From: Lama guanicoe
Taxonomy: Eukaryota
Assembly (NCBI GenBank): GCA_013239625.1
Contig: MU054117.1
Location: 4,020,677-4,084,676, forward strand
DNA: 64,000 bases
Direction: 5' to 3'
Positions 1-13,179 of this stretch are shown here, piece after piece. The notes beneath the pieces are model-generated. The model saw nothing but the letters and a program-made list of their open reading frames with translations, had not been told where the DNA came from and ran no database searches. Within the stretch, counting starts at the first letter, position 1. Every line of letters starts with the position of its first letter. The translations under genes and the position numbers were made by a program.

Positions 1-2329
1 TAGGCGTTAAGCACCCTGGAGGGTTTGTCTTGGTTGGTGGAAGGAGGACGCGGGGAGACGGGAAACCCACGCCCCGGTGCCGTGCACAAACCCTGCAAGT
101 CCCGTGTGGGAGCGTGTTCCGTGCGAGACAGAAGACTGACCGGGTGCCCGGGACCTGGGTCTCTGTGTTATCCATGCCCACCTGGCTTAATTTTGATAAA
201 TGTGACATCTGAGATGCCGTCGAGAAAACATCGCCTGGCAGGAAGCATGTGATTTAGCTAACGGTCAGCTTACCATCTTTACACAGCCAGGCTCTGAAGA
301 GGAAAGGGTGTGGAAGCTTCACACGGACTAGACCTCCATGGGCTAGGAGAGAATCCAGGGCTGCGCTGATGAAGAGAGCTGGGGTTGGTGTGGTGGGAAC
401 GGAAGACACCATCAGGCCCATGGTGCGTGTGAGTGTTTAGGAAAAAGAGTAAGAGACAGAGGACGGGGAGTCTAGGCAGAGATGTGTCACTCACTGGCCA
501 TTTGCCACTGGACAGACCACTTCATCTTTCTAAGAGTCAGTTTTCTTAAACTTAAAGTGAAGAAAATATTGGTCCTTATAGCTCCTTGAGCTACTGTAAT
601 GATTAATTTGAAAATGTACCGAACGGCGTGTATGTTAGGAGCTCTCATTAGGACATCGGGAGCCACCACTGCCACCATCCTCCCCTTTCCCCTTCAGTGG
701 TTTCTTACTGTCCGTCCCTCTTTCTGGCCAGTTTGTCTATAATTTGAACCTGCCTGGTTAGTGGGGCAGGAGGCGCTGGTCTCCCGTGATGCCTGGCGAC
801 TGGGCAGTTTTTCGAGGCTGGAGTGGCTGTCATCTCTGTTCTCTTTTCCCGTTGGCCGCTGTCTTTCCCGCACTGGTGGCCAGGGCTCCTGGGAGGGAGA
901 TGCTGAGGGAGAAAGTCCTGGCAGTGGGAAGTGGCAGGAGCAGAGACAGCTGCTGCCCGGAGCTGGTCTCCAAGGTAGGCGTTGCTTTCCATCCTAGGCA
1001 TCAGGGACCCCGGGTGTGTGTGTTGATCCCTGCATTAATTTACCCCCAGAGCTGCTATTCAGTGAACTTCTTAAGTGCAAAAAAAAAAAAGTCTCCAGCG
1101 TTATTTTTCTCCAGGCTGGGAGAGCAGCCCCTCCGAGGCTCGCTTTTAAGGTGTGTGTTCCTGGAAGATTCCAGCAGAGTGCCTGTCCTCTTTGGTCCAG
1201 AAACAGCTCCCCCATCCTCTAAGTGCTCTTGCTGAAGACGTGAACCTGAACCTTCTTTTTGTCACAGTGAGGGAGCCAAGCCTCCTTTCTCGGTACCTTT
1301 TGCCTGCCCACCTCTTCCCGGGTCCTCGTCCGTCTCCCGGGAGTCGGCGCCTTTTGACGCCCACACACACGTCTTCCTGCAGCAGAGACGTGGGAGACGG
1401 GCCTGCCCTCTGCGCGGTGCCGGCCACTGGTTCTCCAGAGCTGCACGACCCCCTGACCCACCGGGAGGCCCTCCCAGGACTTGGCCCCGACCTGGACTTG
1501 GCCTTCACAGCTGGGGCTAAGGGGCATTTCAGCTCCCCCGGTCTCACCTTCACAGGCCCTCGTGGGCGCTGGTTCCCACGTGCTTGGACTCGCGGGCTGT
1601 CCAGCCCCGTGCATTCCCTCTGTGGGCAGGGAGTTTCCAGTCCAGTCCCTGAACTTCTGCTGGACTCTGGGGCCAGGAAGCCTCGTCGGAGGCATCCTGG
1701 TCACTAGTGGGTGGAGCGTGAGAGAGGAGACTCAGGTCCGCAGGGGCTCTGGACTTCTGCGTGTGCCCCTTCCCATCTGGGTGCCGGGGTCCTTCTCTGT
1801 GCTAGAGAGCCGCGGCGCTCCCCGCCGCCCGTCCCGAGGAGAGGCAGCCGTGTGCTTCTGGGCTGTGCGCTGGGGCAGCCGGAACGGACATTTTTATCTT
1901 CCCTGTTGGCATCTGAGTCCTTCCTGTGCAGCCGCAGACACGCAGGCTTGCATGGGGGATCACGCACAGCATCGCCATCTCCCGGGATACCCAGAAACGC
2001 CTTCTCCCAGCCCGCAGTAAGCATCCTCAGCTGCCTCGCACTAGCCACTCTGCGGCTCTCGACTCTGAATAGATTATCTTTAAAGGGCACAGGGAGTCCA
2101 ATTTAAGAGCCTTTGGAGAAGAGTGACTATGAAAGGGAGACCTCGTAATAATTACACCAGGACAGAATCATCAATGGTCACGCGTCTAGAAGGCCCCTCC
2201 CTGGGACCCAGTGGCTGTGTACCTCGGAACCTTTCACTGAGTACTGCTGGGAGCCCGGCACCACTGTGGGCGCTCGGGACATCGGGCATAGAGAAAGGGT
2301 GCACAGTCCAGGGGGGAGACAAGGGAAAG

Positions 2330-3250
2330 GACGGTTAAAAGAACACAGTGAAAGGAGGGGTATTCAGGGAGGCGATGTCTGAGCAGGGTCCGAGGAAACA
2401 AATAGGAATCAGCCAGGTAAAGGGGGGAGGCCATCGGGGATCCTCGTAGAGGTGCGTGTGCAGAACACAGCCCCTCCCTGCAGCCGGCGCGCAGCCTGAC
2501 AGGAGAGATGGTGAGAGGCACCAAAGACTGGACAGGCAGGACCTGGTGCCAGGCCAAGGGGTTCTGGCCTCATCTTGAAGGCTTTAGAAATAACACAGAT
2601 TTCTCCAGCTGGAGAGTGACCCAGTGAGACTCTGCCTTAGAAAGATCCTTCCATTACAGTGTGGAGAAATGAGACGGAGTAAGGGGGTCTCAGAAACCGT
2701 CTAAGAGCGCGCGGGAGGAATCCAGGCAGGAGAGAGGGCAGGGGCGGCCGAGGACAGGGGCGTGGGCTGTGAGACCTCCGAGGAGGTGGACCCCACCGCA
2801 ATTAAAGATAAGTTTGCTGTGGGGGTGGGGTGCAGGGAAGAGTCGGGGCTCCAGCGCGATCTTGGGTGAATCCTGGCACCCTTCCCCGAGAGCCAGTGCA
2901 GGGGCCGGAGGAGGGGCAGGGTCTGGAGGGAGAAGATGACTTCAGTTTGGAGTCCATTGCCATTGAGATGCCTTTGGAACATTCAAGTGGGGCTGCCCAG
3001 GAGCAAGCTGGAGCTACAGGTTTGGGGCTTAGGATGGAGGCCCCTGCTGGGGATGCGGGCGTGGAAGTTACCCACATAAACACGTGCCTGAGATTGCACG
3101 GTCATGAGCACACAGGCGGAGATGGAGACAAAATCCAGGGAAACAACGCTGAGAGGGTGAAAAAGGAAACACAGGTAACGGCTGGACGAAAACCCCCGGA
3201 GAGTCGCGGGAGCTGAAGGAGGCAGGAGGGAAGGCTGAGGAGGGAGGAGC
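2330..3250 (-). mobile_element. LINE-2 fragments
   Basis: Purine-rich antisense L2 motifs: ttagaaagatc, ggaatccaggcaggagag, ttcagtttgg, ttgagatgcctttggaacattcaagtgg. Confidence 0.6.
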
Positions 3251-3463
3251 TCTACGCATCTGCCTGAGGGACGCGGGGCTGTTCTAGGGGGCTGCTCCGG
3301 GGTGAGGATGGGAGGAAGGCATTCGCCCGCGGCCGGGGGTTGGGGACGTGGAGGTGACCAAGGCCGAGGCTTCTCTCTGAAGCTGGGCTGGGACTGGGCA
3401 GTCGTCCTCAGGGGAGAACCATTGTCTGTTCCTTGTTTAAAGTTGGCAACCTGTGAACACGAG

Positions 3464-3919
3464 GGGCACCCCTGGCTTTATTGCACTTCATGGATACTGT
3501 ATTTTTTACACTGAAGGTTGGTGGCAACCCTGCGCGGAGCAAGCCTGTCAGCGCCACTCTTTCAACAGCGTTGGCTCAGCCCACGTCTGTGGGTCACGTG
3601 TGGGTAATTCTGGCAACGTTTTGAACTCCTTGTTACAATATTTGTGATGCTGAGCTGTGATCAGCAAGCTTTGCTAGTCCTGTTGCAAAAAGATTACGAC
3701 TCGCTGAGGGCTCAGATGATGGTTGTTAGCCCTTTTTAGCCGTAAGGTGTATTTTAATTAGAGCAGGCACGTTGTGTTTGCAGGCACAATGCGGTGTGCT
3801 GTGGGCGTAACTTTTATCCGCACCGGGAAGGCACGAGATTCCTTGACTGGCTTCGCTGTGATGGTCGCTTTGTTGCAGTGGTCTGGAACCAAACCCGCGA
3901 CATCTCTGAGGTCTGCTCG
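3464..3919 (+). mobile_element. Internally deleted Tigger1-type (TcMar) DNA transposon
   Basis: Left end ctttattgcacttca...tgaaggttggtggcaaccctgc joined to right end gattacgactcgctgagggctcagatgat...gtggtctggaaccaaacccgcgacatctctgaggtctgc. Confidence 0.85.
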
Positions 3920-4629
3920 TGTCTACTCAGGAGAGGAAACCCTGGAGGGGGGCGGGCTGATGGTACAGCTGGGATGGTGGCCCTGGCGGAAGGAGGCTTC
4001 CGAGGAAATGGGAGGGTGTGGGACCAGCGTGTCACGACAGATGCTATTAGAGAGGGATTGTGACAAGGACAACCTAGACTCTCAGGGGAAGTTATGGCTG
4101 GACTCGGGGTGAGCGTGCATCCTGAGGAACGCAAGGCAGACCAGCCCTGCAGCCACTACCCCAATCAGATGATTAATAGCACCCCCTTTTACTTTGAAAA
4201 GTTTACCAGTTTGGGTGATAAAGTGTCTGGTCCCTGCAGCTGTATGCACTCAAGGAGATGTTGAGGGGTGGGGTACAGAGTGAGGAGTTCCTACCTAGGG
4301 GACTCTCCTTTTTTTTTCTCTCTCTGAAGTAGGAGACAAGATTCTCTGTGCTCTGAGATTTCAGGAGACAAGTGTGGTTTTGCGGGAGCTCTTGTGATGG
4401 GTGGAAGGGAGACCTGACATAGGAGTAACAGCAGCAAATTGTTGATCTGCAGCGAGGCTGAGCTGAACCTGAGAATATAAATTTACTCGGCACCAAATGG
4501 TGCGCGTGCTGCCTTCCCCAGCTCCTCAGCAGCCTGAGTGTCAGCCAGGAGAGACGGATGCTTGAATTGACCTGAGGTTGGGGATGTGCAGGGCAAAGGG
4601 GACCCGCGGGGAAGAGCATTGATGAAGCG

Positions 4630-5390
4630 ATGGGCCCTGGGAATAACTCACACCCACAGTCAGCTCTGCACAGGAAGATGTTTATTGCAGCCTTATTTAT
4701 GAGACTGGAGAATTGGAAATAACAAATTTCCTACCAAGGGGGTGTAACCCAGTAAGTTACAGGGCATTCCTATGATGGAATATTATATAGCCATCAAAAC
4801 TTTAACATGATTAAGAATTTTAACATGATTGAAGGACTTGTAGATTATGAGATTAAGTAAGAAAGTCCTGTGTGGAGATAGGTATAGCTTTGAAAATTAT
4901 AACCTACATGCTAGCTAATCATTTAAGGTTTTTAACATCACTAATGAGTGACAATAGTGTAGCAAAACAAATCCTGTAAGCCACGTGTTTGACATCACTT
5001 CAAGTCTGATTAGAAACTAAGACCCTCGGAACTGAGAAATGAAGGTTTTTGATTCCAGTCACTATAACAGCACAGCGTACATCATAACAATTACAACCAT
5101 GCTAAGTATTTAATAATAACTACCATTTATCAAGCACTCGTTTTTTTTTTAAAGAAAGAAAAGAACGTTGAAGAATGATGATATTCAACGGTCTCAGCTT
5201 TGCAATGTGTGGAAGAACTTTGCATGTGTTTCGAAAAAGCTAGACACAAATGCTCCATGACGCTACTTACAGGAGCTGATAGATTTCTTTATGTATTTTT
5301 GTATTTTTAGAATGTCCTTCAGTATATTCTTATTGTTTTCATAACATGGAAAAAGAATCTCTGTAGAGAAGTTTATTTAAGGGAAAAAAA
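4630..5390 (+). mobile_element. Ancient LINE-1 (L1ME-like) 3' fragments
   Basis: gatgtttattgcagccttatttat...aattggaaataac...tatgatggaatattatatagccatcaaaa; AT-rich block. Confidence 0.65.
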
Positions 5391-5624
5391 TCCATTATAC
5401 AGAAAACGGTCACATGCAATCACAGGTTAATTTGGCCTCTGCATTCTCCTAGTCTCTGAGGTAGGAAACATCACGCACCCAGCCTGATGTTTGAGAACAT
5501 GGGTTCTGGTGTCAGACGGCTCTGGGTTTGAATCCCAGCTATAGTATGTCCACGGTGTGACCTCAGACAAGTAGCTTTCTCTGGGGCTCAGGTTTTTTAT
5601 TCACTAAGTAGAGTCATGCATGCC

Positions 5625-5866
5625 TTCAGTCTCATCTTTACAATGCCAGAGTCCACAAAGGCCTGAAAACCCAGTCTTCTCTTAAGCTTACAGCAGATTC
5701 ATTTGGCCACAAAATGTGACATAATCTTTATCTCACTTAGGCGGGTATTTATAATTTTGCAGCAGGTGTATTAACTGGTGTCACCGTGCGGTGCTGCCCA
5801 GACCCACTGGGAGTGTTAGGTAATGTACGGTAACATACAAGGTTTCAGAGAACAGACTGTCAGCTC
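5625..5866 (+). mobile_element. MER46C-like (TcMar-Tigger) DNA transposon
   Basis: ctgaaaac...ttcatttggccacaaaa...tctttatctcacttag...gtgctgccccagacccactgggagtgtta...aaggtttcaga. Confidence 0.7.
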
Positions 5867-5869
5867 TGG

Positions 5870-6169
5870 GAGCAGCTCGGAGGGTTGTTACAGCATGAAA
5901 TCCGACTGTGATTGCGGGGTTCTTAGCGCAGTTCCAGGCAGGAGGGAACGCTCGGTGAGGTTACTGATACGGGCTAATGTCATTACTGATAGGCCCTTTC
6001 TCGCCCCCTCCCCTGTGGAGACGGCCCGCACTCTGCCTACGGAGTGTGTACCTACTTTTACTTTAATCTGAGCACCCAACTCCCACACCTCTCTCCTTGC
6101 CTTTCTCTTGCCTTACACTCTATGCAGTATGTGTCTCTCTAAATAAATCTACCTTTACTCAAAAAAAAA
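5870..6169 (+). mobile_element. ERV-type LTR fragment ending in poly(A)
   Basis: cactctgcctacggagtgtgta...gtgtctctctaaataaatctacctttactc is typical of an ERV1-like LTR R region; AATAAA at 6142-6147, A9 at 6161-6169. 5' boundary uncertain. Confidence 0.65.
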
Positions 6170-8887
6170 TCATTATTGACGTTATAATTATTCTTGACCC
6201 TTCACCCTGTACCAAGTGCATGATTTCTACTGGATCTCTCTGCCTCCTGCTCCTTTTCTTATTGGGACCTTTGAGAAGAAGACTGGAGTGTCATTTATTA
6301 CGAGCACTTAGGTTGACCTTTTGTAGGACTCAGGAACTTGCAGAAGAAAATCCTCCTGCCTCTTTTCTTCTCCCCAGATTTCTAGTTTCCTGAAGAATAA
6401 GCCCTAGGAAATAATGCTCGTTAACAGGGCACCCGAATGGCTGAAGAACTAACCAAAGAAGGAGTCTTATTCCCTTGCTGAAGCATTTAATCTTCAAGCA
6501 TGTGTGTTGATTGTGGAACTGTAATACAGTTGCAGCAGAGTTGCTCTGCACTTAAAGATGTACTTTGCTTTAAGCTAGATATATGTATATATTAAAGAGT
6601 GGCTGTTTACTGCTTTCCATAGGAATTCACAGTCAGATTTTTTGATGCCAGCCCTCCTAGTAGCTTTCAAATATAATTCAATTCACAGACATCTGGTTTG
6701 CACTCAGCCTTTTCAGAGTTGTAAGTAGGGTACAAACCGAGGTCATTCCTTCTCCCCGTTCTTGGATGAGTCTGTGCTTCATAAATTCTGTGAGCGTGGC
6801 ACCAGCCAACCGCGTTATTAACATCACCAAGGGGAATTAAGACATACCACGTTATAGGATCAGAAGTTCCACACTCTGAGTCAGTGCCAGTACATTTCCA
6901 GACCCTTCAGTCTGACCACAGTCTGCAGCCATCCCCTCCACTCCACCACGTGACTCACCCACATCGGAGTGGAGGTCTCTCCCGGTCCCACACGTCTCTG
7001 TGGCCACGTCAACCTCCCTGCAGTGGACTCTTTTGCCTTCACGGCCCCATCATAGAATCACAGAGCCTCAGGTCTGGAAAGAACTTTTGTGCAATCCTCT
7101 CTATTTAATCCAATTAACCTGATCATTTAGAGCGGATGCCTGGAAACTCACTAGAGCATTCTTTCTAATAAACCGACATAGATCTCCCCGAAATGGATGG
7201 CTCAAACGCTTAGCAGGTTGGTCCAGTGGCAGAAGAACTGGTCTGTCAGCCAGAAATTACCGCCTGTTATAAGGTCTCCAGCTTTTTTCCACTTCAGCTC
7301 ATCAGGTCCTTGGTGGCCTTCCTCCTGCGTGCCCAGCACAGTGTCCAGACACACTCCTGCGCATTCCTGGGGTCTAGCTTACTCTCCACGATACTCTGCT
7401 CATTAGCACCAGATTGCAGGGTTCCTTGCCAAGCCCACCCAGTGTCATTGGAGCTTCTGAAGTCAGATTCTCCACTTAACGTCCGTTCAGTTGTCTCACT
7501 ATCCTCCCTGCACCATCCCAGCCCAGCGTCTAACAGGTTCTCCTTCATCATTGTTGCCGCTTTCTTGATACAGGTATTAAGAAAGACTGTTTTTAATACA
7601 CACTTTTGCTTAACCCAGTGTTTGATCTCCAGAATCCATCAATCATCAGACTAAATAGAGCCAGGAATAGAGGAGGGGAGGACTAGGGGAGGCTTAGAAA
7701 GAAGCTGGTGCAGAACTTGGGCCACCAGCAGATCCCACCCATCTCCCTGCACAGGATGATGCTCTTGCTGCCAGAGGTGGCCCAGCTTTGGAAATGATCC
7801 ACTTTGGGACAGAGTGGTGCACCAGAGAGGAGTGAGCCTAGGGGAAAGTGCAGTCTGCATTGTAGCTGAGGGACCCTGCCAGCGTTCACAGAGAGATGAA
7901 GGACCTCTGCTTCCTGGGCGATCACAGGCACGTGGTCTGTCCTCTGGGTTCTTCAGGACTTCGATAATAGAGAGGGTTACCTTGCAGGAAGAGTGTAGGC
8001 TCAGGAGTCAGGAAGCAGGGTCCTGGCTCTGGCTTTACCTCTAGCTGTGTCAGCTTTGAGCCCACCGCTCACCTGCTCTGTGCCCTAAATTTCTCACCTT
8101 TAATAAAGTAGCAATACCCTCTTTTTATAATTTTCCTAACTTCATCTCCACCAAAAAAGCCAAAGACAGCGGGACGTAAGCTTGAAATTGCAACCCTTGG
8201 CATGTAGGAGATGCTCTGTGTAGCATCCTCCCTTCCTTCAAGAGAGCGGGTGGTTCTGCCCTGTCGCCAGATGTTTCTCTGCCCGAGACCTGCGTCTGTT
8301 TGGGAAAGCCGGGACCACCTCGTCGGACAGTTTCCCCTCGTGCTCCTGACGGCATTTGTTAGATTAAGGGGTTGCCTTGCTGCCTGTTCCCAGGCAGCCT
8401 CTGCTTGCTCTCCAGAGCGCCCCTGGGGCCTGGAGCCTTTAAGCACAACTGTGCTTTGGAGGACGAGGAGCTCCACACAGTTCTTAGGCTCCCGGACCTA
8501 TTCGACGTCACCGTTAACCCTTCCAACTCAACCCGTCCAGAGCAGCAAAAACCTGCCTTCTGTCTTTTGGGAAGTCCTGTAAGACGCGTGTGAAACTGCA
8601 TTGCATTTTTCAAAAGTCCAACTCCATCACCAAAAGATGCCTCAGACCAGGGCAGGGGTAGGGGTCGGAGAGAAGGGATGGAATGTCTGTTAACCTCCCC
8701 GCCCCGACCCAAAGCCCTGGAAGTTCTGTTAGAAAAATCTGCAGCCTTTGTTGACCACGGTGGGCAGCTACGAGAGGAGAGGGGAGCCAGGTGGGAAAGG
8801 GAGACAACAGGGCTGTGTGCCTGATGCAGGGGCACGCTGGAAGCAAAAGGCGCGTCCGGCTGGCTCAGAGCGTGGCTCCCGCAGCTC

Positions 8888-8922
8888 GCGGTGGCGGTGG
8901 CGGTGGCGGTGGCGGTGGCGGT
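8888..8922. repeat. (GCGGTG)5.8 hexanucleotide microsatellite
   Basis: Perfect tandem GCGGTG units read directly. Confidence 0.95.
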
Positions 8923-9759
8923 AACAGCCTGGGGCAAAGGCAGAGGCAGGCGCGCCCCCGGGCACTCGCAGGCTGACCTGCAGGAATCCTACCTGGGAAA
9001 TGATCAGAGCCCCCAGGTTCAGCGGGCTCCAGCCTGACCGAAACCCTGGCTGTTTCTTGCACAGAGGACCCAAGAGGGGCTTGGTGGGCTGCTGCTGGGA
9101 GGGGCTTGTGCGGACCACAGAGGAGGTGACCAGGAAAGGGGGCGCGAGTGCTTCAGGCAGAGAGTGACCGACATATGGAACGTGTTATCCGGAGGGGTTA
9201 CGGGCTGCAGGCGCTCCGAGACTTTTTCAGGGTGGGGTGGGGGAGGGGGAGGCCTTCAGAAACTCAAGGAGGTTTCTAAACAAAAGGAATTTGAGAAGGG
9301 TTGGAGAAATAATGAGAAATGCAAACTTGACCCAGCGTTTCTCTTTCTATCTCCCGGGCTTCTCCCCAGCCTGTCCCTACATGTTTCCAATTCACGGGGA
9401 CCCAGGAAGGCCACTGGGGCCCTGTGCTCACTCCTCACGTGAGCAGGTCAGCGCGGGTGTCGGGGGTCGGCAGGACCCCTGAGCCAGCTCCCACCCCCGT
9501 GTCCACGGGGACCAGAGACAGAGCAGGGAGCCCAGAGCCTTGTCCCAGCCCCCGGGGGGTGGCGGGCTCAGGCACTGCGGAGACCTTAGGATGATTTACT
9601 CTGATTCCCTGGCTTCACAGAAGAGCAAAGTGATGCCTGGGAGGGAGAAGGCTCGTCCAAGGTCCCAGGGGGACTGAACAGGAAAGCTGCGGGGAGCAAC
9701 CCAGCCCTGCCGTCCTCTTAGCCCTTGGGATTCGTCCCCTCCCCAGCACCCCTCCCTGG

Positions 9760-9960
9760 ACACACCGCACACACAGGTACACAGACACACGCACACGCAC
9801 TCAGACACACACAGACATGCATACAGACATAGACACACAGACACACATACATGCACACACAGGCACATTCATACACAGATACTCATACATACACCACACA
9901 CTCAAACCATACAGTCCGACACAGACTCACTCACAGACACACACATGCACGCACGCACTC
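9760..9960. repeat. Degenerate (CA)n-rich tract
   Basis: About 200 bp of interrupted CA/CACG/CATA units. Confidence 0.9.
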
Positions 9961-10770
9961 TGCCAGCCCGGTTCCCAGCAGCGCGCGTACCGGTTGGAAC
10001 CCCTCCTCTTCCCCTCTGCTCTGCTGCCTGGGAGCTGTAGGCCTGGTCCGGCCACTGGGGACCATGCACCGTGGCCTGTAGGGTCCTGGCCTGTTCCGCG
10101 GGCCTCTGCGCCACTGCCAGGAAGCGCTCTCGGACATCGAGCGCGCACAGCTTCGTGCTGTTGTTCGTGTCCCCGGCTGGGAGGGAGTAAATGTCAGCTG
10201 GGGTGGGGGCGTCTCCGGCGGGGGTGTGGTTTCTAACACAGATCTCCGTGCAGACACTCTGGGCTGCAGGCACGGTGGCTTTGGGAGACATTCTCCTCTC
10301 CCATTTTTCCCTAAACAAGTCAAAAAGCCGCCCGTGCAGCGGCCTTGGGCTCGGCTGAAGGCCCGGTTCGGGGAAGCCTGGTCTCCCTCTGCGTCTCTGC
10401 GCAGGTGAGCAGCACAGGTGGGCCCTGGGGGCGGGCTTCTGGCCCTGTCTCTCCCACTCCCTTACTGTCGCCTCTGGGGTGGGTCCTTTCCTGCCATGGC
10501 CTTCCCACCATGTGAGAATCCTGGCAGAGCCGATGCCCATGCCTGGCCCCGTAGCTTCAAAAGAACACAGAGGAGCAGGGAGGACCAGAAAATGAGACCA
10601 GTGCTGAGGGCCCTTGTCTGGTGAAGAGTGCCTCGGGGTTGACAGCGGGCGGGCAGTGCACAGGCACAATCGGTGGGAAGCGCCTGCGGAAGACTCGCGG
10701 GCTCAGGAGTCCCCACCTCGGACCCGCGGGCCTCTGGGCTAGGCGCTGCGGAGTCTGTGCGCTGCCTGGG

Positions 10771-10980
10771 TTTTTTCAATTGAAGTACAGTCGGTTTACA
10801 ATGTTGTGTCAATTTCTGGTGAACAGAATAATAGTTCAGTCACCCATACACACACGTACATTCCTTTTCAGGTTCTTTTCCATCATAGGTGACGACAAGG
10901 TACTGAATACAGTTCCCTGCACTCTACAGAAGACATCTGTTGTTTATCTATTTTATATATAGCAGTTAGTATCTGCAAAT
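10771..10980 (-). mobile_element. Short LINE-1 3' end
   Basis: ttgaagtacagtcggtttacaatgttgtgtcaatttctggtg...tactgaatacagttccctgc: reverse complement of the L1 3' UTR seen at 38550-38730. Confidence 0.87.
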
Positions 10981-11879
10981 TTTTTTTTTGCAAAATGTTT
11001 CCTGTGTGTGCACGCGTGTGGTTTTTAGGGGGACGTTTCTTTAGCTTTTATCACATTCTAAAAAGGGTCAAAATGGCTAAGAACCATTGCTTAATTAGCC
11101 CGCCGGCATTCTCCTACGTGATTCCTAATCAGGAGGGATCAGGCCTCCCCAGATGGCATTTGGAAAAGCGTGAGTGCCGTGACTGGGGGACACGATTCGC
11201 ATTCAGCAGGCGGCGGCCGGGGCTTCACGGAGGCAGAGCTGAAGCGCGGAGGACCACCCCAAGCACCAGCACCTGCCCTGCGGAGAAGCCCCTCAGAAGC
11301 GGAGACCCCGGGGCGAGCGGAGGTTCTCCTGCGGCCACAGCGCTCGGCAGTGGCAGAGCGCAGGAGATGTGCCAGGAGCCCACGTGATTTTGTTTCTCCT
11401 TGTCAGTACGCCAAAACCTATGAAAACCAAGTAGTCCGAAATGTGTCTCACCTTCAAAAATCCAGCCAATTTTGGGGGTTTTTTTTTTTAACAAAAATCC
11501 CTGGGTTCTTGGTCTTCTTCACCATCAAATAAGGAAAGAGAAAAAAGGAATGTGGAACATTTAGGGAAATGGAAGCCCAGATCCTAAGTGAGCCCGTTAT
11601 TCCGGGTTGCACGGATCAGCGGCTCAGCCGCTGCGGGTTGGCAGCGCCCAGCCTTGGACTGTGAAGTGTCCTCTCTGCACTTCAGAGGGCCTGTCTTGGA
11701 GCTCTCTTTCTCTGAAGAGGAAAGAAGCATTCGTGTGCCAGCGTGGGGCTCGTCGCCTCACTCCCTGCAGGCAGGGGGCAGGTGCCTTAGACTCCCTGGA
11801 GAGAGCTGGGGGGACCCGCAGCACTGGCTGAACGCAGAGCCTGGGGGCCACGTGGGGATTTGCACCCTGCCTCCGCCTC

Positions 11880-12052
11880 TCCACTGACATGTGATCTGGA
11901 CAAAACGGTTGAATCTCTCTGAGCCTCAGTTTCCTCAGCTGGCAAGTGGGGGATAAGCCTCATCTCCGTGAGGACAAATTGAGTTAATCCATGCAGAGTG
12001 TCTCTCGAAGCCCCCGGCATCTGGTGTGGCTCAGTAAATACTGGCTGTTATT
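11880..12052 (+). mobile_element. MIR SINE
   Basis: MIR core tctctctgagcctcagtttcctca followed by gtgaggacaaattgagttaatccatg...ctcagtaaata. Confidence 0.8.
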
Positions 12053-13049
12053 ACAAGTGATTATTGTAACTGTGTCGGTGATTAAAGACAGCTTTGGGGC
12101 CCGAGTGTTGGTGCCAGAACTGCTTTCGGAGGACCAGCTCTGGGCTGGTTCCTAGTCTGGCCCAGCTGCCCAGGACAAGAGTCAGCAGACTGTTTGCGAC
12201 GGGCGTCGTAACGTTTATGAAGCGCCTCCCACACGCTCGGGTTTGGGCGGAAGACGGATTTCCTTCCTGTGCGTGTGCCTCTCGGCTTCGCTGTGCAAGT
12301 GGGCGCGAAGAGGCTCGGGAAATCTCCGCGGAGGTGCCTCCCCTGCCTCGGCTTCCGGTCCGGCAGGGGGTTCAGGGGAAGGATGGTGGCCCCAGGCGGG
12401 CAGTGGAGGGGGACGTCCTGCAGCGTGGAAGGAGGCCTGGGCCCTCTGGGTCCTCTGGCAGTGCGGTTTCCTGGAGGGAGCATCCAGCCCAGAGGCAGCC
12501 ACAGACCAGCTGCCAATCCCTCATCCTCGTGGCAGGAGAACAGCTGTGGGCCGGGGGAGGCGAGATGGGGAGATGCAGGCTACATTTGACACACGCCTGG
12601 TGGCCAAGCCTGGAGGAGGAAGCCGGCCGTCTGACCACAGTCACCGCAGCCAAGTCCTCGTGGGGCCAAACCTTGATGTCTTGGGTTGACCTTGGCCTCG
12701 CCGCCGCTGCTGCTGCCGCTGCCGCGCTGGTGGCTGGAGTCACAGATTTGGGTGTTGCCAAGCCAGTGTGGTCTTGGTTTGGACAAGGCACCCAGAGCAT
12801 GCGTGGAAGTCCTGCCTTGAGACTCCCCTTAGCTTCCAGGTCTCAGGATGAAGCCAACTTCCTCACTCTGCCGTTTGGAGACCCGTTCTTGGCTGAGTAG
12901 GCAAAGTAGATAATTGGTCATCATCATCATTATTTATTATCGTTTATTAAAGATCGTTACCCAGCGGCCCCTCCCTTGTGATACTGTTAACTTCCAGCTG
13001 GGTAGCACTTGGCAGGTAACACATACGCTTGACACAGAAACCCAACCCA

Positions 13050-13179
13050 GGAGGAAGGTGGAGCTCAGTGGTGGAGCACGTGCGTAGCATGCACGAGGTC
13101 CTGGGTTCAATCCCTAGGACTTCCATTTAAGAAATAAATAAATAAATAAATAAATAAACCTAATTCCCCCCCCCCAAAA
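13050..13179 (+). mobile_element. tRNA-derived SINE (camelid Vic-1-like) with 12-bp target-site duplication
   Basis: Box A gagctcagtggtggagc, box B ggttcaatcc, (AAAT)n tail, aacctaattcccc; flanked by AAACCCAACCCA at 13038-13049 and 13180-13191. Confidence 0.9.

Noticed and set aside
12094..12900. 268-aa ORF with a poly-alanine run
   Set aside because: Non-ATG start and no recognisable homology; the Ala run is a short GCN triplet repeat (12700-12726) in intronic DNA.
13050..13125. tRNA-like A and B boxes (also at 40710, 52600, 57940)
   Set aside because: Degenerate cloverleaf, A-rich tails, a TSD and multiple copies identify these as SINEs, not tRNA genes.
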